From Massalongia carnosa (Eukaryota), in assembly GCA_965645245.1 (NCBI GenBank), contig OZ287080.1, positions 1,054,001 through 1,118,000 of the forward strand: a stretch of DNA of 64,000 nucleotides, written 5' to 3'. Numbering within the stretch: position 1 is the stretch's first letter; each line of letters starts with the position of its first letter. The notes below the pieces were generated by a model. The model saw only the letters and a list, made by a program, of their open reading frames with translations, searched no databases and was not told the origin of the DNA. This document shows positions 22,230 through 34,711 of the stretch, piece after piece. The translations under genes were made by a program, and so were the position numbers.

Positions 22230-24899
22230 GCGTTCTGAGTAGACAAAAGGGTGAGGGGGCTACAAAACCTATGTATGTAAGTACTCTACATCTTCGCCGG
22301 GGTGGCCAAACCACCCGCCAAAGAAGATACAGACGTTTAAGGCACACGTTTGACGTTCGCTAATTAGACATGTCATGTCTATCAAAGCTTTCATATAAAA
22401 TGTATGCCATTGAGATCCTTCTTTTCGGGTACTGTTTACCCAACAACCCTGTGAAAAAGATGAAGGAGGATGAACTAAAGCATCAAGGAGGCTGACTCTA
22501 ACTCCAATACCTCTTCCTCCAGAATATTGATCTCTTTCGTTAGGTCATCTGGGATCAGCCCCTATCTAGTGCGCCTAGACTTACGATGATGGGCTTTATC
22601 GTTCGGCCTTAAAGGCAACCAGCCTACCTTTCGAACACGTGTGCATATGACACGGATAACAACTCAGTTCGCTCAAGATCCCCCGTATCGGACAACAGTT
22701 TAGCTGGGCCACGTGATGTCGAGTCTCTGGTAATAAGTGTCCATGCTACTTTCAAGTAAGACTTAGAATCCGGTATTCTATAGGGAGAGCGAACGACCCA
22801 ACAGCGTGCTATCTTAAACGGACATACAACATGTTGGACTTCGAATTAGGGATGTTTAGAGAAGAGCGTTTCCGTTAGCATCCAGATACATTTTCCTGCT
22901 GTCCTTTTCGTGCTAGGAAAGAGGTAAAGATGAAAGCCGAGGAGCTTTGGAAAGAGCTTGAAGAGTGTGTAGCATGGACAAGGTGGAGCACAGACTTGAG
23001 AAATCGGAAGGCTAAAGTAATGCTTTCAAGCCGGAGAGCCCAAAAATGCCAGACAAGTAAGTTGCCACTGCCAATTCAGATGACGAGTACGCGGCAGGAG
23101 GTACGACCAAGAATAAAGATAAAACCCTAAAACATGAAAGCCAGCTATCACAAGCGTTGAGTTAGAATACCTATCTGATTTTCCTACATCTATTAGAGAC
23201 CGGACCGCCCGAAGCAAATCAGCGAAAAATGGTCTTATAGTTGGACTGAGTATTTCTAAGAGAGCTGTGGCAGATCGTGATGTCGAACTTACCATCAAGT
23301 CTGAGAGTTAGCCTCGAACCACAGCATAAATAGGCTGAAGAATGGTGACGATGCCGGGCCTGCATTATCTTTAATAGAGAAATTGGAGACGAAGAACGAT
23401 GCATTGATGATTGATGAGAATTTCCAATGTGAAGAGCTAGTCGTTAGTAACATTAAATGTTTATTTAAAAAAGTTGGCAACGATGATTGGGGGGTCACTC
23501 GGAAGATGAAGAAGGAGAAAGCATCCTAGAAAATAGGTATATGGATGAGCGTAAGAGGACGATCCTAGATCACGGAAACAAGGGATCCCACAAATGTCGT
23601 CATGCAAGCATAAAAACGCTAGAGAGCCTCTAGGAGAGGGGAAAGGTACGAATTATTATTCTATGTCGCGTAGTGCTTCAATCTTCTAAAGACAGAAACC
23701 ACAGGAGCTACCAATGGCCCCAGATTCAGCCGCTGTAGCAGATTTAACGCCCCCAGTAGTTACCCTTTGCATTGCATTGGATGATCAACTTCCAATAGTC
23801 GACCTCACTATTAAACCAAATGGAGTCGACCGCTGCTAGGAATTTAGTGGCACTTGGTATAGTAGCTGCGCAACTTCAGGACTAGAAAAAACGAAGAAGA
23901 ATAACATGGAGGACGATGACAATAAGAAAAAGCATAATATAAAGTGGGGGGTTTTGGAGATCAAGGACTTGAGGGTAGGCAAGATTCAGAGCGGCAAGTC
24001 TTACATGAAAACGAAGACGGCTCTACATGGCCTAGGTGTAGATGTACAACTGCGATATAAGCGAATAAAAGCAAACTTCTTCAGGAAAGAACCTCTGAAG
24101 ACATTAGAAATACACGGGACACAAAGTCTGACAATAAGAAGTGGAAGAACAAGGATGCATTACGCAGTCGTGTGACTGACTTTTTGCACGAACTAGAAGC
24201 CAAAGTGGCAGAGGTGGCAAGCAGCTAAAAGTTATTGTAGAATATCTGCCAGAGAAACTCAAGTCTCTTCAACGGACTAAATCTGTCAAGCACTGCAATC
24301 GTCTTGAAGACATCCTGCTCACCTCGGATTATGCAACGCACAATACTCAAGATGTTGATGCAACACCTCTTGAATTAGACGAAGCTGATAAGATTGTTAA
24401 AACTCAACAGAGAAGTCAAGAGGGGAAGCCAAAACACCTGAGACAGTAGTAGGAAGCTGGGAAAGTAGTGGGGGAAACGGCGTTCAAAGCCGGCCTATCA
24501 GTAACCATCAGCCTTCTCCTCCTTTCCAGGCTCCAGCTTCAGCCCCACCTAAATATTAGCCGGACCCCCTAGTCCCGTTTTTGTTCCCGGCTCAGAACCC
24601 GCCGGAGGATGCTCTAGAAGAACGGGAATTCTTGCATGCAAGCACGAATAAGAAGCTAAGGTGATCCAGAAGAGCCACAGAAGATCCATCGAACATCGAA
24701 AAGACAAGTATGAAAAACTTTACGAAGCGATGATGGCTACTTAGAACCCGTATGCTTCATGTTGGCCAGCAATCTATCAACAACTCTTCATTTTTCATCT
24801 ACCATCCGGGGACGAAAAAAACATTCTCTTGATGAGCCAGACCATAGTAGATGCTCCTGTGGCAAACCTCCGGCGGTTGAGCGCTTAAACCAATCTTCT

Positions 24900-26900
24900 C
24901 TGCCCAATATTCGGATTAGAAATGGCTCTAGTGCTACTGCAAATTTCGAATAGGGCCGGGTTCAGCCACAGAAAACCAGAACGCAGATACTCCGATCTTC
25001 TTGTGGCTAACTGGACAGAGTCCGTCATACTCTCACAATACGGCATCGGCTAACAGAGTAAGAATGCCTCAGGGCCGGAAAACCCACTAGAAGCAGTGGT
25101 GGAGAAATGATGCTCACGATCGGAGAAAAAGCGCCCAGCGAGGATTGGTCACTTCGGAAGTAGTCTTGGAGACTATGCTTGGGGAGTCTAACGATTGCCT
25201 CAGGAAATCAAAATCTCTGGAGGAGGCCGGTATGTACTGCAAGATTCCTGAGAAGGAAGAAAGGTTTGTTGCAGGTCTCGCAGCTTTGCTAAATTTCGAG
25301 ATTGAAAATGAATCGAAAGGTCTCATAAGGAACGACCCGGCCAGTCCAATAAATGCGAGATATTTGCCTAGAAGGAGAGAGTGTTCGTACTTGCAAACAG
25401 GCATCTTAGGGCGTTTGATCCGGCTCATTATGATGCTGAGATTATCAGAAATTCTGAGGCGCTGTGTACAAACTGCTTAACGCACCAGTAAGTCGCTAGT
25501 CCAATACTCAGGGAGAAAGCGTATCAACATGGCCGAGATCGAGTTTCAACTTTGGGGTTTTGGAAAGTGATCTAAACAATCCACAAAGGCGTCTATAGTG
25601 TTGATGAAAGCTAGTACGAATATCATCGGATACTCAGAGCGCTTCTGACCGCTTTTAAGCGACCAATAATATTCTTCGTTTCAAGCAGCGCAAACTTTAG
25701 ATTGCAAGAGGCTCCCGATGCTACAACCCCTGAGCCGATGCTGTAGCGAGTGCTTTGAGCTACCACATCAAGGGAGGAATTAGTTAAGCTATAATGCTAG
25801 ACATAGAACATAACCACGAACATGCTGGTTGTGAAGCGATTGACTCGGAAGCATTGCTAAGTATCATGATAAGGAATCTTATGGAAGTCTCATTGATGAA
25901 AGGATTCCACCTGACCAAGATCGATAGTGAGCGTATGATAAAGGATGTAAATGGTCTTTAAACGTCTTGTCCTGGTTCCCACTTTGTTTAGCTACTCTTT
26001 ACAAAAAGCAACGGCGTTCCTCGAAGAACCTTTCCTTCGAATGGCATGACTCCAATTTATTCCTTGATGGGTTTAGTACATCCATGATCTTTCCCGGCTC
26101 GAAGGGCTCTTACATGTCATGATTACTTTCGTCGATGATACGGCGATACTCATTCATTATTGCACTAAACTCCTAATACGTTTGCTTGACTTTTTCCTCT
26201 TCATTTACCCATGTCTTGCCATATTACATCTTCAGTAGCAAGAACTGACGCTTTAGGACTTCAAGAGCCCTTCAACAATTCCAATTGGCACCAGGACTTA
26301 GCCATTGTGTACTCGACCGCCTTATAATGCAGAATCAGCGCCAAGACGAGGATTTTAAGGACCTACAACATCAAGCCGGTTTGGTTAGCAATTGGATACG
26401 TCAAAACTAGCGTTTTATCCCTCCGCGGTCTTGAATTTCCGATCCTTTTGAAAAATGAGAGCCTGAAACTACCAGAGTTCTACGCTGACCGATTGGATAA
26501 ATGTGCAGGTCGCCCAGTTCATTTACCTGAAACCCGAAGCCAACAACAAAGCGATCGTAGTCTTCGCCGTGGTGACCATCGTCTTCCTCCCCTTGTCGCT
26601 CGTAATGAGCTACCTCGTCATAAGCACCAGTGACATCCGGACGACCGGTCCCGGACAATCAGTCTTCTGGGCTATTGCCCTTCCCGTCAATCTTGTCGTT
26701 TTAGCTGAAGAAAACAGAACTGCCACTCCATCATTGCACCAGCGTTAACCGAAATCGAACCTATTATGATAATTAATGAAATCGGCTCACTCTGAAGCGT
26801 TGCTGACCGCTTACAACGAGCAAATCGTCTCGCTCATCCGCTCGGTCTTCAAGAAAATGAAGAACGGTCATGAAAAAGAAGATTCGAACAGCTCAGTCTT
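24900..26900 (+). pseudogene. Decayed fungal CorA-like (Mg2+ transporter domain) gene; 5' boundary uncertain
   Basis: EANNKAIVVFAVVTIVFLPLSLVMSYLVISTSDIR...FWAIALP (26510-26690). The GMN signature has decayed to VIS and an intron donor reads ATACGT instead of GTACGT (~26396). Upstream frames are broken by stops. Confidence 0.6.
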
Positions 26901-27128
26901 GATCATCTCTGCTCAGGAGAAGTGAAGCTGGGATGAGTGCCGGCGAACATTATAAATCCACACGAAACTTCCTGCACGTCCAGACCACCTTTCTAATTAA
27001 CTTTGATCACCTTTCATCATATCTTCTTAAAGGCAAAGGTTCGAAATACCGCGTGCGAAGAAACATAATTCCAAGCCAACTGATTCAACTTTAACTTTAG
27101 TTTATGTTTGGATGAAACCATTAAAGTG

Positions 27129-27744
27129 GGGAACTAATACTGGGACACCCCCTTTTCACTACCTTGACACCCTCATTCTCTAGGTTAACACCTTAAGTAA
27201 GCTAACCCGATTGGATAGTTTATCCGTTCCGGAGCTGGAACTTCGAAAATTTCTGCATTCATACCTGCATGCATTTCATAGGGCGTCCTACAATCGCGAT
27301 GCGTTTACAATCGGAAAGAGCGACTGATAACTCTACTCAACGGGAGTTATCAGAGTTCGAACATGTCGAGGAGATGTTGAATGGACCTCCGAGGCGGGGG
27401 CGGGGGCGGAGGCGAGGTCGAGGACGGGGGCGAGGGCGAGGACGGAGCAGAGAGAGGAATGATGAGTCGTCACAAGATGAAGAGGTGGTTTTCGGTGAAG
27501 CTATTCAATCGATTGAAGAAGATGAAGTGGATTTGTTTCAGGCCTTTCGAATGTAAATACGAAATGAAGCTCAATTCATTGAAAACGATCATCGAGAAAG
27601 CATCAAACGACTGTTTAAAACACATCTAAATTTCATCAAATCGAGAGTGTTTTCTTCAGTTGTTTCTGCGTCCGAGGGAAATTTATACTCAATCGAGTTA
27701 GCTTACTTGGGGGTGTTAATCTGTCCCGGCCGGTATTAGTTCCC
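27129..27744 (+). mobile_element. Non-autonomous Mutator-like (MULE) derivative
   Basis: TIR GGGAACTAATAC...GTATTAGTTCCC, plus inner inverted TTAACACC..AAGTAAGCTAAC.CGATTG. 8-bp TSD TTAAAGTG/TTAAAGTA. Internal STQRELSEFEHVE + RG-rich tail resembles fungal MULE transposase C-termini. Confidence 0.7.
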
Positions 27745-29002
27745 TTAAAGTATGGGCACGGACACAAATGATTCAAATAGGCACGCTAGTTCGGTAATTA
27801 GATTTCTCAAACTCTGAGTACTTCATACAGTGAACCTAGATATGCATGATACATATGTTACGCTGCAACAGCATCTAGGTTGAGTGGTTACGTTCTGCTC
27901 GCTAGTGATGAAGGACTCTCACACTTGATGCTAATGTACAAAGTATTGAAATTGACACGAGTCGATGATTGATTGAATCTTATGCGTCAGTAAAGGTTTT
28001 TCATTTGAGAAAAACCGTATGCAGTGAAGTGTGCCTTCAGCAGCCTGCAAATGGACCGAAGGGTAACTGAGGGGTCGTAACATGCTTTTGCTCGGAGACT
28101 CTCGGGGTCTGGATGGAAGTTGTGAAGTGCAGATATTGTCTGTACTATGCACGACGTTATTGTGTGAATGCGGGGAAAGCTAAGGGGAACGTCGGGTGGA
28201 GAATCTCTACCTTCTCTGAGAGCACGATCAGCCAAGTTCCTTTGGGCAATCAACGACTAAGGAACAGTTTCAGCTTCAGTCCATCACACCGTTGAGTCAT
28301 CTTGGACTAGCTGCAGAGGACCGTTGCCTTTGATTGTTCAAACCCTCAACGAAGGGCCCATGGCCAGATCCATAGCTTTACTCAGTACAGTAAAGGGTTT
28401 CGCCAACTCTTCCGCATGAAGTTTCGCTACCTGACTTAAATGCTTCTCTTCGATTGGAGGCTGGCCGTGGTCTACAGGGAGAGTTTCATGGTTTTCGATG
28501 AGATTCGCACGGCTTGCAAGGGGATCTTTCTGAGCAAGGGAACGGGTGCGTGGATCCAGCCAGCCACCTCAAGCCACCCGGTCACGTTCCTATCGGTCGT
28601 TCTTCTAGCCTTTTGTTCTTCGGATTGTGCATCGGCCGAATGGTGTTGGTGGCGGCTTTTGCATCCACGGACATAAGAATGACTGGGTCCAGAGATGTTT
28701 GGTGACTTTCGTCAGACCCTTTGGCAACGGTTCGTGCGCTTTCGTCTCCGTCCATGTGCAGCCTCATGCAAGATGCTCGACTTTGAGCTTGCTGGGAAAC
28801 AATCCGCAGGAAACTGAATAGGTACCTAGATCTTTCACTGGTCCATGATGGCCCTGTCACCACCTGTTATCCTGTCACGTTCCCTGTGCTCAGTTGCAGT
28901 TTAGATCCTGGATGATCAACCATATTCACATTTCAAGGGGAGTCCCCATTGGACCGAAGAACCCAAGTACAAGGCCCCTAGCAATGCCCTCATTTTCTCT
29001 AT

Positions 29003-29070
29003 CATGCCTTCATTAATGCCCTCATCAATGCCCTCATCAATGCCCTCATCAATGCCCTCATTAATGCTCT
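29003..29070. repeat. 12-bp tandem repeat (AATGCCCTCATC, ~5.5 copies) upstream of the laccase
   Basis: Read directly. Confidence 0.9.
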
Positions 29071-29514
29071 TGGCGTGTTGAACAATAGTTCAGAATCTTG
29101 TTGTCCAGCGTACATAGAAGATATATAAATCTCGTCTTCGTCTATTGATGAACCAGGAAAATGATGTTGGGAGATCTCATTCTCGAATTAATTCGCCCGG
29201 GAGACAGGGAGGCACGCAAGCTTCGAGGCTGCATATCCCCTCATTCGTTACATAATACAAGTTAGTTCACGGCAGATAGGTCTAGATGGATTGGCTGCGG
29301 AGTACTCGGTGTCTGCAGAGTATTGGCTACACTTCAGCTAGCCACCATCGAACGCTGGCTGAATCAGGCCGTGCAAGTATACTTGCGCTGCAAGACCATG
29401 CTAGGGATGGAGTGGGGTTGTGGCGACGGGGAGGAACTTAAAACCTGAGTTGGCTGTCTATGTCGGAATTCCTCCTGCCTCCTTTCTATCCGCAACGCCG
29501 AGAAACCGCCCAAG

Positions 29515-31806
29515 ATGAAATTCTTCGACCGTCTCTGTGAAACTGTGATTTCGGCCTTGGGCCTTTCAAACGTCTTGCAATGGGATCGCCCCGACCAACA
29601 TCCCATGCCCGGCGCCGTCATTCATTCATCACTGGAGGTTGATACTCCAACCGCCCAGGACGGCGTGCTGGTTGATATTCCGGCTCCCCAGGAGACGGGG
29701 CGGATTGATACTCCGGCTGCCCAGGACACTGGACTGATCTACTACCTGGATACCCCTCCCAAGACGCGAAGCCCGGATGCTGGACCGATATTCAAGCCGC
29801 CAGATGCACAAGACGGCTTTGTGTGTGACTACTCGGCAATGACTGGATGGCAACACACTGGAGGTGTTGGTGCCCGAACTCAATGGCTCTCCCACCCAAT
29901 TGATGATAAGCATCCCACCGGCGGCGTCTACGATATTTTTACCAATTACGATTTGTATACTCCAATCGGCAAGACTCGCAAGGTAGGTGGTAATCTCAAC
30001 CGCTCGATTCCTAACTGAAAATGGGCTGGCCTTAGTATACGCTCATTGCAGATGAACACCCCATCAACGCTGATGGCTATCACCGCCGTGCTGGTGGCAA
30101 AGCCTTCAATGGTACATACCCGGGGCCTCTAATCGAGGCCTGCTGGGGGGACACTATTGAAATCACCATAATCAATCACCTTGACTACAACGGTACCGCC
30201 ATTCACTGGCACGGAGTGAGAATGCTGAATGCCTTCCAATATGATGGCGTCAATGCTATATCGCAATGCCCAATCGCGCCGAATGACTACTTCACGTACA
30301 AATTCAAAATTACGCAGTATGGGACCTCCTGGTATCACAGCCATTACTCGGCACAATACCCAGATGGACTGGCAGGACCAATGACTTTTCACGGTCCAAG
30401 TTCGGCGGATTTTGATGAAGCCATGGATCCTTTCATGTTCAGCGATTGGAGTCACAATAGCGCTTTTGAAGACTTTTCGCAGGAAATCCATGGCGGACAG
30501 CCCTCTATGCAATCCAACGTTCTGAACGGCGCCGGTTACTTTAACTGCACCAAAGCAAATCTAACCGAACCGGACTGTGGCCTCTCACCACCAATCTTCA
30601 CCAAAGTGTTTCAACGAGGTCGAAGGTATCTTTTGAAGCTAATAAACGCTTCGACGGAGGCCACCTTCATCTTTTCTATCGACAAGCATATACTCCAGGT
30701 GGTCGGGGCTGACTTTGTACCGATCAAACCATACTATACCGAGTCCATCCTTGTTGGCATCGGTCAACGGTATCATGTCGTTGTTGAAGCAAGACCTTCC
30801 GATGACCTTATACCCGTGGAGGATCAAAACTATTGGATTCGTAATGAAGTGGCGCATAATTGTGGTAGAATCGACCAGCCGAATCCATTGATCGGCATCA
30901 TCCGCTACAATTCTGGCAGCAACAAAACCCCTACCACCAAAAAATACATTTATGACACTACTTGTGCGGATGAGCCTCTCGCCAGTCTGGTACCAGTGGT
31001 GCCTTGGAAAGTTTCCGCAGGGCCCACTCCAGCCAACGATAGTAAGTCTTCAACATGCTTTGGTCGTAATATCATCGCAACGCTCATCATGACTTAGTAT
31101 CCGAAAATGGGGCAAACTGGGCTGTTGGCCTTGAAATTCCATCGGCTTCAAATACAGTTCCTCACGGAAATCTTACAAGATGGAACATCTTGGAGCAAGT
31201 TCCAATACCCTATTTTAGAAGACACTTTCTAATCACGTCCGCAGCAACTCCATGTGGCTGAACTTCTCCAACCCCACCATCAACAACCTCCATGACCCCT
31301 CGTTCAATCCGGACGATTACTGCTTGGTCACGGAAAATTACACCAAAGATGATTGGGTTTATATGATTATTACCATGAATAGTAGCACGGTTCACAAGGC
31401 GTTGAAGACTAAAACGCATGTAGAAGCAGCCCATCCAATTCATTTGCACGGTCACGACTTTGTGATCCTTGCGCAAGTAAACCGAACCTACGACCCACAA
31501 GACGTGTACAACGTCTTCAACTACGACAACCCCCCTCGTCGGGACGTTGCCTTGCTTCCTTCCAACGGTTACTTAGCCATTGGGTTCCGGACGGATAACC
31601 CTGGCCTTTGGATTATGCATTGCCACATCGCTTGGCATGCTTCGGCGGGCTTGGCTTTACAGATTCGCGAGCGCGAACCTGAAATCAAACTAACTAGTGC
31701 CTTTATCCAAGAGAAGAATCGTGTCTGCGATGGTTGGAACCACTGGTACGCCAACAAGACCAATTGGTGGAACTCGTCAGAGTTCCAGGAAGACTCGGGC
31801 GTGTAA
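29515..31806 (+). CDS. Laccase / multicopper oxidase (AA1), 4 exons
   Basis: Copper motifs IHWHG, WYHSHY, HPIHLHGHDF and MHCHIAWHASAGL; ascomycete laccase C-terminus DSGV. Introns ~29983-30034, 31042-31097 and GC-AG 31195-31244. Confidence 0.95.
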
Positions 31807-32068
31807 ACGGATACATAGGATCCACTTGCGAGGCTGTCTGTCATCATGCTCTGCTGCCACTTAAATCGCTCAAGTATCGGGAGCTCGAGGAGGAAAGGGA
31901 AATGGACTCATTTTGTAGTAAATTAGCTGTCATTATCGACCCCGCCCTTAGCTATTCGTGTACGGAAACGAGATTGCTCTCCTTTTGGAATTTTCTATTG
32001 CTGTATTGACGTGAAGAAATCTTTTCATGTTGGCTTGTGATCCGTATGGCAGTAGCAAAATACCTGGT

Positions 32069-33388
32069 CACTCGGTTGACAAGAAAAATCACACACCAAA
32101 ATTTTTACCCCACCAAAAACGTCAAATTTACTACCACATTTACAATGACTATTTACATTATCTGATGTTCAATCAAATCCCAATTGCTTCATTTAATACC
32201 CTGTCATTTTGCCTTCACCGTCTATTACTGCTCGAAGACGACCAGGCATTGTCGCTACCTTTTCGTTGATAAATCTCTGTGAAACAAGACTCCATCCCTC
32301 GTAAATCAACTCCTTGTGGTGATGTCGTCCCAATGAGGATATTTACGAAGATGTTGTTTTGAAGGTTGCCAGCAATTCTCAATAGGTGCTAAATCGGGAG
32401 ATGAAGGACAATTGAAGTAGTGATTTAAGTTGTTTGTCTCCTTCCAGGTGCGTACGATGTTTGATTTGCCTGGTCCATGACCGGAATCACCGTCTTCTTC
32501 CAAAACGAACTTCTGACCTGATTGTAACCATGGAAGAACGACTGGGTCGAGAATTTGTTCAATGTAGGCTTTTTGACTCATTTTGCCATTGACATTATCC
32601 GGCACCTGATAAAAATGAATAACTGATTTGAAATTGTGGCCTACTGAAGCCCAACAATGATGACGTTTTTTATCCTTTTCGTCTGGTTCATTGGCCTCCT
32701 GAATACAGTCCTGACAGTATCTGATTCGAAGCTTGCCTTGGGGACCCCAGCCGTAATGAACTTCATCGCTGAATCGTATAGTACTTTATGCCAGTCTTCT
32801 GACTCAGGATATCTGTTCAGCATGACTTAGGCCCATTCAACTCGATGAGCGGCTGTTTTATTGTTTACCCAGCCTCTTCTACATGAGAGACACTTGTGAT
32901 AATCCATCGTACCCATTGCGCGTTGAATTGTTCGACCATTGCAGTCGAGGCCTATTTCATACCCCAATTGACTCCATGTAAGCCCACGACCTTCAATGCC
33001 TTCAGTCTCTAAAATTCGCTCCATTTCTCGTATTTGTTTAGGCGTGATTAAGGATTTGCGACCTCGAGTCTCTTCTGCATCGGAATTTTTTTCTAGTCGT
33101 CTGGCAGAGTCGTTGCGTAAGCAAGCATAGCCTTGTTCACGCGAAACGTCGAAAGTTCGAAAAACTTCCTCTTTATAGTAAGAAATTCCCATTCTCTCGC
33201 AAAATTCGACAGCTCCTTGAACTTTGGCCTTAACAGGAGTAGTATAATGCTTTTGTCGCTCACGAGAATCAAATATGGGAGTCCTAGATGGAGGCATGTT
33301 GATGGAATAATTACTGTTGATTATGGGTGTGGAAGGGTTTTTGGTGGGGTAAAATTTTTGGTGTGTGATTTTTTTTGTCAACCGCGTG
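32069..33388 (-). mobile_element. Degenerate IS630/Tc1/mariner (DD37E) transposon with CAC termini and apparent 5-bp TSD
   Basis: 52-bp TIRs (32069-32120 / 33337-33388, 3 mismatches) beginning CAC(G/T)CGGTTGAC; flanks CTGGT / CTAGT. Confidence 0.85.
32193..33297 (-). pseudogene. DD37E transposase, disrupted
   Basis: MPPSRTP...HYTTPVKAKVQGA...KV/RFSDEVHYGWG...VLEEDGDSGHG...SPDLAPIENCW (37 residues between the second D and E). One stop at 32827 and frameshifts at ~32780 and ~32310. Confidence 0.85.
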
Positions 33389-33599
33389 CTAGTATAACCC
33401 ACGAGACAGTGCCATCTCAGACCTGAGATGTTTCGAATGAAAAAATCTAATTTACTACTACTTTTCATTTACTTACTATTTGGCTTGCTATTTTTTCATG
33501 CGAATCTCAAAATATCTCTGATTTCTGCTCCGGACATGCTTCGCTTCGCTCCGCAACGGCCCTACGCTATCTCCTCCTTGGCACCCGCCAAAGCATCTG

Positions 33600-34160
33600 T
33601 CAAAGCAGCTTCCAAATAGTATCCCAGATAGCCTCCGCTGATTTTTATAAGGCCCCACATCTAGCCCCTAAATAGCCTTTCAAATAGTCTCCGCTGCTTT
33701 TCAAATAGTCTCCCAGATAGCCTCCCAAAAGCCTCCCAAAAGCCTCCCAAAAAGCCTTTCAAATAGCCTCCCAAATAGCCTTTCAATTATCTTCCAAGTA
33801 TCTCTCAAATATCTCCCCAATAGTCTCCCAAATATTCCCCCAAATAGCTATCAAATAGCCTCCCAAATAGTCTCCGCTGCTTTTCAGATAGTATCTCAAA
33901 TAGCCTTGCATAAAGCCTCGCATAAAGCCTCCCAAATAGCCTCCCAGATAATCTTCACCGCTTTCAAATATTCTTCCAAATAGCCTCCCAAATAGCCTTC
34001 CAGATATTCTGCTTAGCTATCAAATAATATCCCAAATAGCCTCCCAAATAGCTTTCCAATTAGCCTCCCAAATAGTCTCCCAGATAATCTCCGCTGCTTT
34101 TCAAATAGCCTTTCAAATAGTCTCCCAAATAGTTTCCCAAATAGCTATCAGATAGCCTCT
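33600..34160. repeat. Degenerate ~12-bp minisatellite (consensus CAAATAGCCTCC)
   Basis: Dozens of variants (CAAATAGCCTCC, CAAATAGCCTTT, CAAATAGTCTCC, CAGATAGCCTCC) punctuated by CTCCGCTGCTTTT. Confidence 0.85.
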
Positions 34161-34711
34161 TGAATGGCCTCAATATCTATCTCCCTCGTTATCAATTTTC
34201 TTTTTCCGCCGCTTTTCGCATAGCTTCTTTTGTCAGGACTCGGGTGTGGGAGCGCTAAATCCAACGGCTCTTTCCGACCGAAGCTTCGGAGATAAGCTTC
34301 TAGAGCCGGATGGAAACTTCGAGAAGAAGGGCAAACGGGCATATAGATTTCACATTCTTCTTTGTAGATAGATTTCTCTTCTTCATGCTTAGTCTCTTAG
34401 GTAGCTGACTACTATTCGTCTTCCCTGGATAGTGGTTCTTACATTAGACTAAGCATCTTCTTTAACCCTTGCTATCCTGAACACGATATTAAACCGTTCA
34501 ACCAGGAAAATTAGAAGAAGAACCCGGAACTTAGACTAGAACCAGATCATAGGACCTTAGAAGCAAGGATTTCTAGGCCACCAGAATTACCAGAATCAAA
34601 AGAAGAATTCAGACCCAGAAGAACCAGAACCCAGGATCGTAGAAACCAGGATTTCTCGGCCATCGAATAGAAGATCACAAGATAAGAACACCCCCAAGAA
34701 AGAAAGAAGAA

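Noticed and set aside
32069..33388. Transib/RAG-like transposon because of CAC ends and 5-bp TSD
   Set aside because: The encoded protein has IS630/Tc1/mariner motifs (FSDE, SPDLAPIE), not a RAG1-core-like transposase.
33600..34160. CRISPR-like or telomeric array
   Set aside because: Eukaryotic context, no unique spacers and no TTAGGG; it is a degenerate minisatellite.
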